Shown: one piece after another, positions 12,759 through 23,401 of the stretch
How the letters are laid out: every line of letters starts with the position of its first letter
Position numbering within the stretch: position 1 is the first letter of the stretch
Source: Lama glama
Lineage: Eukaryota
Direction of reading: 5' to 3'
Assembly: GCA_028534125.1 (NCBI GenBank)
Contig: CM052824.1
Span: 60,512,001-60,576,000 of the forward strand
Length of the DNA stretch: 64,000 bases
Position numbers and translations under genes: made by a program
The notes under the pieces: model-generated
Seen by the model: the letters and a program-made list of their open reading frames with translations, nothing else
What the model was told of the DNA's origin: nothing
The model's database searches: none

Positions 12759-15700
12759 AGGACACCCAGGTGGTTCAGACAAGCATGGCCACAGAGGAGG
12801 AGAAAAGTGTGGAGACCTCAGACACTGAGGACAAGGACTCAGGCTCCAGGACCACAGGGAAGATGCTGTCCACTCAGACTGGAAAACTGGGGTGGGGTCT
12901 GAAGTAGAACTTTAATGCCCATGAGCTTGAGATTCGGGCAGATTTGTCCTGCTGGCCTTCGGAGGTCCAAATTGCACCTGTCCAGGAGTCGGGGTGGGGC
13001 ACTGCAAGTTGGATGACCCCGGTGAGAGTGAACATCAAGTCTCTGGGCTAAGAGAGGCAGGGGCCTGAGCTGGACACAGTAACCCCAGGCTGCTGCCCAA
13101 GTCCATCCATCACAGACTGCTGGAAAGAAAGCCCTTCGTCCCAGGGCAGGTCCAGGCTGCCTGCTCCTTCCCTTGCCTGCTTGGGGTACAGAGCCTGAGC
13201 CCGCACGGAATGCCTGCCGTGTACCAGCCCACAGGGCTGACTGCAAAAGACGCTGGAAACCCAGCCTCCCCGTGGAATCACAGCAGAGCCACCTTGCACT
13301 TGAGCCCCACTGACAACTGGCTGTTACCACCACTGCCCCCCCCCAGGCTCTGTACACCAGGAGGTCCTGCTGCCCAGGGCAGGGAGCTTCACCAGGGGAC
13401 CCCTGTTAAGGTTCAGGGCCCCTTCCGGTCCCTGCAGAGAGCCCGCTCCCACCTGCCACCCCTCACCTCACAAACACATCCATCCACCCTTTTGCTAAGC
13501 TTGGTGCTGGCTCCCTGTGGCCTGGGTGGCTGGGTAGGGTGCTGGGGAGCTGGCCTCCAGCACCAGTCGGCTCAGAGGAGTCCCAGGCCCAGTGCATAGG
13601 GCCCTGTGCTCCCCTGGCCTCACTCAGTAGAGGCCCAAGACCAGATTTCCTCCTGGCAGGAAGCAGCCCGCGGGCCCCAGCTGCATCTCAGCCTGACTGC
13701 TGGCACCCGACAACCGAGGTACCAGCTCGCAGTTCTGCCCTTTGCTTTTAACCGCAGCAGCCCGTTCCCTTCTCCCTGACTGGAGTCCAGCTGTCTGGCT
13801 CTCCTCCCCGGGCTGAGCCGTGGGCTGCCCTCTCCCCTGCAGTCTGGGCAGGATGGCCTGGGGCCTGTCTGCCTCTCCAGCAGCCTCAAAGCCAGGCCTC
13901 CGCCCCAGGGCCCAGCACGGTTCTAATGCCTGATAGGCTCAGAGCCCAGGGCTGGTTGGGAGGGAGCTGGAGCCTCACACTTCTCAGAATAAATCTCCCT
14001 GAGCAGCAAGCTCCAGGTCGTGGGGAGACGTCTCCCGCCCCTGTACTTGGAGGCCCCGGACACAGTGCGGACGCCTGAGGACAACAACTCGCAGCTCCAC
14101 TCGCACAGCCTGCCTGGGATTCGTGATGACAAGGAGCCTCAGGACCCTTGGCACCAGGGACACGGGCCTGCTGGATCCCGGAGGGGGCCACATCCAGAAA
14201 GGCTCCACCCTCCTGTCCCCCTGGCTAGGAAACCCAGCAGCTGGATGCTTCTCTGCTGGCGCCGGTGGGGCGTCTTCTGGAGAAAAGACCCTTACCACGC
14301 TGTCGAAGACGAGAGTCGAGTTGGCTGGCTGGCCCTGGGCCGCCTGTTAGAACTGTGCCTAAGCTGAGAGCCAGCAGACCATGAGTGGGCACCAGAGGGA
14401 GGCGGGTGGGCTCACAGTGTTCACCGGTGCTTCACCTGTTCAGAGGCACAGAGGCCCCCCAGGGGAGCCCAGAGAACGAAGGCGCTATTGTCCAGGGAGC
14501 CTTGCCCGCTTTTCCCAGGCGGGGACGCCCTGAAGGTGAGTCCACACACCTTGCCTCCTCTGGAAAAGCCTCTGACCCTGCAGCAGGCGGGGGCTGATTC
14601 TGGAAAGGCGCCTCAGGCCACCAGGAGGCTGACGGCGGGAGCTTCAGAGAGCTCCTCGCACATCAGACGCCGCGGCTGCAGCTCCCAGGAGCCAGCCGGA
14701 GGCACCAACAGACGCGTGCGCGGGAGTCTTCCCGCAGCCTGGTTTGTAACAGCCAGCCCTTAGACATTTCCTAGGCGCGCTGACAGCTGCAGGGCCTCGT
14801 CTACCAGAGCCAGGTGGCCGCTAAAAGTCAAGCTCCAGAAGGACGGGCAAAGGTCAGAAGGGAAGCAGGGGGTCTGAGCCCCCAGGGCTGGGCTCGTCCT
14901 GGAGGGCGCAGGGCAGCGTGGCGGGAGGGGCCGGGGCAGGCAGTAACAGAGCAGAATCAGAACCCGGCACACATAGGCTCATGGAAGGCGATTTTTTCTG
15001 TGCTTCCCGAAGCATCTCCTCGGACGAGTCTTGCTGTCATAGTCCGGAGAAGAGAAACGCGAGTGAGGCCAACACAGCCGGTGTGGAGGCCCCGGGGAAG
15101 ACTCCGAAGCCCCTGGGCCTCACGCTACACCCCAGGCCCCTCCCCTGCCTCACGCCCAGAGTCCCCTGGGCTGGGATGCGCATCCCCCCCGCCAGCAGCA
15201 CAGGACCAGAGCCTCCTGCTCCGGGCACTTGTGGGGCCAGGAGGCGGCTGGCTGGGACGCTGAGCCAGCCTGGGCCGCGGCTCCAAGCCCAGCTGTGGCT
15301 CAGCAACCTCGGGCCAAGTGGCGTTCTGGCTGGCCACCTCGTCCACCCAGTGGGGTGCCAGGGAGGACTTGCCGGCCCTCAGCGGCCAGGAGACCCAGGC
15401 GGGCAGCCACTCCTGCTCCGTCCACCCTGCTGAGACCTCCCTGTCTCTGGTCCCTCGGCCTGTCGGGTCCAGCACTATGACCGGCCCCTTTGCTGATCCC
15501 CCGGCCTGGCCCAGCTGGCTTGGTGACCCTGGCAGCACCTCAGGCCAGCAGCTCACAGAGCCTGGTGAGGGTGCTGCCAGGACCAGGGAGGGGCCCAGCC
15601 TGGGGCAGCTGGGGCCCTCATCATCCCCAGCAGTGCCCCCACTGTGCCTCAGGCCCTGGGCGTGGGGCCGGTGCCAGACCCCAGTGCCGCAAGCCCCAGG

Positions 15701-18141
15701 GCGGTGGGGGCCAGATCGCACGCTCCCGGTCACCCCACAACCTTATGGCAGCTCATTTGCATTCTCCCTCCCCCTCAGTAGCTCTAAACGAAACCCATTA
15801 CCAGGAATACCAAAGAAGACCATACCGTGGGGGCACGGCCGTCCTCCACCGCTGTCTCACAGCCCTGGCCCCTGGCCGGGCCCCTGTCTGGCCCTCACCC
15901 CGTCCACCTACCCAGGCTCAGCTGGCTTCTCTCCCTGGAGTGCGGGTGGTCTACTTGGGGCTGAGGGGCCAAGGCCGAGATGAGAGTCACGCTCACTGCC
16001 TGGGCTGGAGAGCAGGGCTTGTGCCCCATCAGGGACACGGTGGCTACAAGTCCCAGTGCGTGTGGCACAGAGTGGGCGCTGGGTAATGTCACCAGGCCCC
16101 ACGTGAGCAGCCCGAGCCTGGCTCCACAGCCTGAGTGTCAGGACTCCCGAGCAGACCCCAGACCCAGCCCTCCCAGGCACCGCTCTGCCCTCACTGCTGC
16201 CCACACCCACTGGGCCTGCGGCCTGGGGACAGAGCTGGCACCAGCCAGGACAGGCCCTGCGCTCACAGGAGCCCAGACGTGCTTTGGGCCAGGCCAAGAA
16301 GGAGCCTTCTGACTGCAAGGAGACCAGATAGTCTCCAGGACACAATGACCTACTTCACAGGCTTTGAGCCTGTCGCCTGGGCCCAGGCGCCTCCTCTGCC
16401 CCCATGGCTGAGAAACCTCATTGCTCACTGGAGTCTCCTCCAGAGCCTTCTGGAAGGGCCTCCAGGGCCGGAAGGACCCCTCACCGCTGCCCTCGGCTCA
16501 GTGCCCCACACAGGACCTAGCCTGCCATCAGCTTCAGCCAGCCAGGCATGGAGGGGGACGGAGGAAGACAGAGAGCTGTGGGGAGCCCCGGGAGGGCTCA
16601 GCAGGCTGAGGGTGGAGCTCACTTCCCTAGACATCAGCGTCCCAGGTCTAGTCACCTCCCCACCCCCAGAGCTGCAGGCCCCTCCCTGCGGGAGGAGCGC
16701 CCCCTGCGGCCGCCCCTCCCCTCCCCTGTCCCAGCCGCCCCTCCCTCCGGGTGTCCACTCCAGACTGCGCTGAAATGGGGGCCAAGAGCTCAGGCAGGGG
16801 ACGGCACGCCTCTGAGCAGACATCCCCCTCGGGCAGGAGAGACCTGCCCAGGCACACCTGGGAAATGTAGGAGGAGCAAGTTAGGGCCAGCGCCGGCTCT
16901 GGGGGTGCAGGGGGGCCCGGGCACGAACGCCCACACACACGCACACACGCGTGCACGTGCGCAGACCCTCACGGGCAGGCACTCAGATTCTCACTGCCAC
17001 TCGTGCACGTGCATGCAAACTGGGGGCATGGGGATCCCAGCAAGAGCAGGTACGCCGCTGCACGAACACACGTGCACGCACACGCACACCTTGTGGAGAT
17101 GCCGACCTGTTACCGTGCCCACAGGCCCCATGCTGGCTGGGTGCTGAGCAGACCCTCACCCCAGGACCCTCCCTCCTTGCCCTCCTCCCCCACTTTCCAG
17201 GAGAGCTGAGTCAGGGTCCCATGAGATGCAGAGGAGCCACAAGGAAGCCGGTCCCCTCAGCCATGCCAGAGGCAGCCCTGCCACTCAGCAGGCGGCCCAC
17301 AAACCAGAAATCTGCACTCCCTGGGTCGCCCCCCTTAGATGGTTGGGACCTCAGAAGCCACACAGCGGGAGACCCTCGGGCCCTTCTGTCTGCACCCTGG
17401 CACCAGGCCCAGCAACGCTTATGAGAAGAAAGCATCTCCAAGATGCAGGGACGCATCTGCCCCTCCAGCCCCCCAGCCCCCCTGGCTCCCCAAGCCCCTC
17501 CAGCCCCCCAGCCTCACTGGCCTGAGCCCCCACAGAGCACTGGGCACCTGGGAGCTGCCCCTCAGGCGCTCCCCCAGCCCCTCTCCCCGGTGGGCTGAGC
17601 TCCCCTCATCCCGGCGCACTGGCTCCAAGTCAGGACGGGGCAGCACACCTGCCTCAGCTCAGCCCGACAGGCCGGACTCCTGGAGAGAAAGCCGCTAACT
17701 CTCCGGGTGGGAAGGAAGAACCCCCACCCCGTCCCGTCCCGGACAGCCCCGGTCCAGCTCAGCGTGTCAGTCTTCCACAGGGGCACGTCCGTCTGGTCGG
17801 ACCTGGAGCAAACCACCCAGCAGGGGAGGCTGGCACTGGCACCTACGGGAGGGGGAGGAGCAGGGCCCTGCCAGGCACCGCCCTCCCCTCGGGCCGGGGC
17901 TCGGACACCTGGCCAGGCTGCCCTGCACACCCTGTGACTCCAAACATTGAAAATCAACACGCAGGGAGCACGTCTGCAGGGAGCGGTGAGCCCTGGGCTG
18001 GGGAGGGCACAGCCCGGCGGGGGCCGCTTCTCGATCTGGAGGATGGGGCGAGGTGCGGTCACGCGGCAGGGCCTCACCCAGCTGCGCACTGGGCCTGTGC
18101 ACTTCACAGTCTGGAGACTGTACCCCGTCTTGTTTAAAGCC

Positions 18142-18146
<5 letters not shown>

Positions 18147-18180
<34 letters not shown>

Positions 18181-18195
18181 CGCGCGCGCGCGCGC
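18147..18195. repeat. Compound microsatellite (AG)14-cgag-(CG)8
   Basis: Read directly from the sequence. Confidence 0.95.
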
Positions 18196-21100
18196 CTAAG
18201 CCAGCACAACTTGCTTCCAGAGGCCACCAGTGTCACGCCAACAGGCCACAGGAGGTGGAGAAGTGGCGCGTGGAGGGCCAGAGCCGGCGGCACCAAGCAC
18301 CACCCAGCAGCCGAGAGAGCAGCCAAGGACCCAGGGCCAGCACAGGGCCCGCAGGGGTCTGACGGAGCCGCGCAGAGCTGGGGGGGAGCTGGCAGCCCCC
18401 AGCTGTCTTCCTAGGACGTGTGTGCTCCCCCAGCACCAGGAGGGGTGCATGCCCCCAGCATTGGTGCCCCCTGCTCTGGAGGAGTACGCAGGGTCCCCTT
18501 TGCCCAGGTGGGACCAGGATGTCACACTCGCTGGGGACTGAACACAGAACTGCATCGCCGCCTGCCCAGGGGCCTCACTCACCCACTGGCAGGCTGTTGG
18601 TGCTCAGGAAAGGCCGTCCGCTCTCCAGACCCGGCCCTGGGTCCTCGGGCGAGGGAGCCATCGTGGAGGGGGCGGGGGCTCCTGGCAGGGGGAGCAGCAG
18701 GTGCGAGGCGGGACAGGCCTGGCTCACCAGCGGGGCCGGCCACCTGTGGGAGAACGAAGAGGCTGCTCTGAGGTTCCCCCGCCCCAGGGCCCCCAGGGTC
18801 CTCTGCTGAGATGGAGTCTGGACCCACTACTCGTCATACCTGGAGAGGGCAGGGGCAGCGGGGCTGGTGGGTCAGGCCTGCCCAGCCATCCAGGTTAGTG
18901 CGAGATGGCAGCCCAGCCCACTACCCCATGGAAACAAACAGCCGTCTGTGGGGGGAGGGGGAGCTGGGCAGGGAGGCAGGAAGGACCGAAGGGCGGTAGA
19001 GGGCCACCAACGCCATCCCACCCTGGACGTAGAGGCTTCGGGGGAGGAGCAGGTGAGGCCAGAGGGCCGTGCCCACATCACGGCTCCATTGTTCCTCTGT
19101 GCTGGGGCTCATCCCTCAGCGTGATAAAGTTCAAAGGCAAAGCAAGAATCATCTTACAGGAACCGGCCAGCCCCGTCTGTTACAATGGTGCTGGAGACTC
19201 TGGCCAGCCCTGGACCTCACGGGGGCCCCACAGACCCCACGGGGAGCCCAAGGCACAGGGCACTCCTCAGCCCTTTCTCCAGCCTGCAGGTCCCACTGTC
19301 ACTCCCAGGTCCGGGGTCTCAGGCCTTTCCAGCCACCACTCGGCCTGTGCAGTGGGTCACGGCCACGCTGGTCTCCCAGGCTGCCATCTGACCCTTGGCT
19401 GTCTGGCTGGGCTCTGGGCCCCTAACTTCCGTTGCCCCACAAGTGGGCCCAGGCCCTGCCTGGCCTCCTCATGGCCTCCCAGAGTCTCAGTCCCACCCTA
19501 GCCTCTGTTCAGGCCCCTCTCCTGCTTGGAGACTTCCGTTCCACCTCCTCTCCATCCATCCAACCACCCCCACCCAGGCCAGCTCCTTCCAGAGACTTCC
19601 TCTGTGCCTCCTCCCTCCCGCGAGCCTCCTCCCTGGGGGCTGCGGGGAGACCACAGAGGCGGGGATAGGAGGCCTTGGCCGCTGGGTTCTGGAGCAACCT
19701 CTGACGTGCCCAGGGCAGAGCTTCCGGGGCCTAGCCCTCAGACTGATGCCAGGACACGCAGGCCCTCCACGTCCCCAGAGCCGCGCTCTACCCAGGAAGG
19801 GAGAAGAGCTGGGGGGGGGAGGGCAGCATCCCCTCCCAGGGACCCCCCTGAGCAGCCCTACCTCATGTTCTTCTCCAGCCCAGCCTCCCAGGCTCCCCAG
19901 GACCCCCAGGAAGGAGGGCCCTTGGCAGCCTGCCCTCCTCCACCCTGGTGTGCCCCCCGCCCTCCACTTGGTCCTCCTGCCCCCAGATCCTCGGGAAGGG
20001 GCGCCAGGCAGCCCAAAGGCCCTGGGGCGCCCAGAGCCTGGGACTCTCCCTTCAGCCCAGAGGCCTCGCCCACCAAAGCCTGGCGGGCCTGCTCAGCCCT
20101 TCACAGGCCTACCCACCTCCGGGGTGCCCCACCGGCTGCCCAGACCCCAGGCTTACCTGTGGGTGGCTCCTCAAGGCAGCTAGACCACCCCAGGCCACTG
20201 GCCACACAGCCCGGGAGGCCGCTGTGGCTCCAGCTGGGTTCCCGAGCAGGCACCACGGTTTCCTGCTGCAGCGGGAGTCCCAGAGCCATGCCCGGACACG
20301 TCTGCCGGAGCGCAGGCCGGGTGTGGGGCTTGGGCTGGGCTGGCACAGCCGAACCTAATTAGGCAACAGCTCCCACTGCAAGCCGAGGCGAGGCTGCAGA
20401 GGACTGTGAGGTCAGCTGTTAGCGTGGGCCTGGCCGCGGCATCCCCATGTGTCCAGTCTCTGAGGGGCAAATGTGCCCGTGAGCCCCTCGACGCCCAGCC
20501 CTGCCCCACAAGCCATGCCCGGGCCCTGATGGTGCCCCCACATCTAGCGAAGCTAAGCTTCCAAGGACAACAGCTCCTCTGGGAGGGGGCTGAGGGTCAG
20601 GGGAGCTGTGGGGCCATCCCCAGAAAGGCCTGCTTCTCCTCACTGGTCGACCCCAGGAGCCCAGGCCCCCAGGCCAGAGAGGTGCCTCCTGTCTCAGGCC
20701 TCCAGCCCCTGCTCAGAGCCCATCTCAGGTGCCAATGTCACACTCTGGGAACTGGCCACTGCCCACTGGCGAGCACCCCCGATGACATCGTTCAGAGCCA
20801 GGCCAGGCCAGGGCCAAGAACCACTGGACCCCTGCCCCTCAGAAGCCAGCACCATTTAATCGGGACATTTGGCACAAACCCAGATAGGCCAGAGGTGGCC
20901 CGGCCCAGGCTTGAGTGCCCAGGGTGCCATGCTCACACCCAGACCAGGAGGTCGGCCTCCACCAAACGCCAGCTCCCCCAGGCCCCAAAGACCCCAGGGA
21001 TGAAGTGGCTGCATTCAGCTGGCCCTTGGGATTCCGTAGTGCCCCACTGCCCCCACTGCTGGGGCCTGCAGGGAGGGTCCAGGTGTCCCGCGGGGGCCGG

Positions 21101-22401
21101 CTTCCCAGCCCAGATGACTGGCTACTGTGTCCATCCGGACCTGAGGCAGCCCCTCACCATGCCCGACAGAGTGGCTGGCTTGCAGCATGAGGTCCAGAGG
21201 AACCCCTGCGGACCTCACCCACCCTTGACCTCTGCCCTCCCCCTCCTGCCTCCTACCTTCTGCGTCAGCACCCAGGACATGGCGCCGGCACACCCTCTGT
21301 TGGCACCCCTGGTGTGGGAAGACCCGCTGTGGGAGCGGGCAGAGGTGGAGGTGCCAGCCTCCAGAGGCGTGAGTGTCGGGGTGGGGCAGCCCCCCGCGGG
21401 CCACCTAAACCACAGACACCCCACTCTCAGAAGGGAGAAGCTGGCCCAGAGAGGGCAAGACGCCCCCACCAACCCGGCCAGCTCTCCCCTGACACCCACT
21501 CTTTTCCAGACCCACTGCCCAGTCCCCTCGGTGTCACCCCAGCTAGCAGGAGCCCCTAAGGATGGCCCAGCAGCCGGGTCCCCACCCCAGCCTTGCCCGA
21601 ACGCCCCCCTGCTCCCCCAAGGCTGCTGAGGCATGGCCCCAGAGGGCTGGCCCCTCACTGCCCAAAGCCTCTGCTGACACCACCCTCACCCAGAGCCTGC
21701 CCATCCCTGCGCCCTTGCCACCCCCGAGCACGGTCTGCAGGCTGGGAGTGGGGTCCAAGGTGGAGGAATCCGAGGATGGAGAAGCAGGTCAGGGCAACCC
21801 CGTGCCAGGGAGTCTGGAGCCGGACGCGCCACCAGGAGCTCCCTACGCCCCGAGCCGCGCCTGCTCCCCACCCTGGAGCGGGTCCTGCCGGCAGAGCCTA
21901 GTCACAGAGGCTGCCGGCCAGGCCGCGTGTGGCAGCAGTGAACCCAGCAGCCCTGACCCGGCGGCTGGACGGGAGTGACCGGGTGATTCGGCCACACGTC
22001 CGGGCCAGGGGGTCACTTCAGGGAGCAGAGCCCCCGCCCCAGGACAGGAGAGAAGGGCTTCTGCTGAGGGGCAGGTCTGGGGCGAGGGTGGGGATGACTC
22101 GGCCTGGGCAGGTGTGCGGCCTGGGACCCAGCCCCTCTGCTCCAGGGGCAAAGCTGCTGCCCTGCCCTGGTCCCAGACGCAGCCCCCGGACACTGTTTTT
22201 CATCCAAAAGAACAGCTGGTAGACAAAGCGTGGCTCTGCCATACAGCTGTGCATTTGCCTGCCGGCCGTGCTCTCAGAAACAGACGAGGCAGGGCCGCCG
22301 CTTAATGATGCAGCGGCGGGATCTGTCGCCAACGATAAAAGCCGTAGTTTAATGAGCGTTAGCACCTGGGAGAACTTGTGTCCACCACCAGAGTTTGTCA
22401 G

Positions 22402-23009
22402 TGTAACTGAGCAGGACCCACCGGGGCCTTCCTGGAACAGACCTCCCCACCCACGCCCCCTGCCAGCCTCTTGCCTGTAGAAGAGCTTTAATCTCCTGGG
22501 ACTTCCCCAAGTTCCAAAGAGTATGTTTTGTTGGAGAAGTGAGAAAATGCAGAAAGAAAGGAACACAGTCTAGCAAGACAGCATAACAACTGTTCAGCCA
22601 TTAAACAGAGCCCCGGACCCCAAGTTCCTCCTCCAGGGCTGCAGATAATATCCTGAGCCAGGTCCTCTGAGCTGTTTTGCAGACACTGAAGCCCCTACCA
22701 GGGGGAAGACGTTAACTGCGAGCTGCCCACGCAGACCCCAGACCGGTTGGAACCAGAGGGCTGACGGTGTTGACTTCCGATGACCTCACCACCAGCCAAT
22801 CAGAAGAACGTCCACGGCTGACCCCCCCCCCCCCGTCTTTAAAAACCTTTCCTTGAAGGGCTTGGGGGAGTTCGGGTCTTTTAAGCAGCAGCTGCCGGGA
22901 CCCCTTGCTTGGCGCCTACTGTAAACGCTGCCCTTTACTTCACCAGCACCGGGGGCAGGAGTGGCTTGCCTGCGCGCAGGCCAGCAGACCTGAGTTTGGC
23001 TTGGTACCA
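22402..23009 (+). mobile_element. ERV1-like solo LTR inserted in Charlie1
   Basis: TGTAAC...GGTACCA termini, near-identical 4-bp TSD tcag/acag, CCAAT (agccaatcag about 22794) and TATA-like tttaaaaa (about 22838). Confidence 0.8.
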
Positions 23010-23281
23010 ACAGCTTCCAAAGACTGAAAGGCTCTTTCTCATGAGAGCAGTGGTGATGTTAATGTGATGTAATGAAATGTGCCAACATTTGGAGAAATCC
23101 ACTGAGCTCAGCAAACCAACGCTCTCCGGATGACCGAAACACGCAGGTCCAAAATCGCGCACCGGTGAAGACCCTTCCAAGTGAAAACCAGACCCAAGGT
23201 GCTGCCGCAGCAGAGTCCCTGACGGCCATCGATGTGGCTTTGGTTCCACTTTTCAATGCCCTTTGAGAAGCTCTTACCGGT

Positions 23282-23401
23282 GGGGGAGGGCATAGCTCGG
23301 TGTTGGAGTGTGCACTTAAAATATGCAGGGTACGGGGTTCAATCCCCAGTACCTCCATCAAAGATAAATAAATAAAAGCTTAACTGCCCCCCGCCCAAAA
23401 A
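23282..23401 (+). mobile_element. tRNA-derived SINE (camelid Vic-1-like)
   Basis: GGGGAGGGCATAGCTC A-box region, GGTTCAATCCC B-box, (TAAA)n tail; 16-bp imperfect TSD AGAAGCTCTTACCGGT (23266-23281) / AGAAGCTCTCATTGGT (23402-23417). Confidence 0.88.

Noticed and set aside
20406-21629. 407-aa plus-strand ORF
   Set aside because: Pro-rich, non-ATG start, no domain and no promoter context
23282-23360. tRNA-like sequence with A and B boxes
   Set aside because: No proper cloverleaf; the A-rich tail and TSD show it is a SINE
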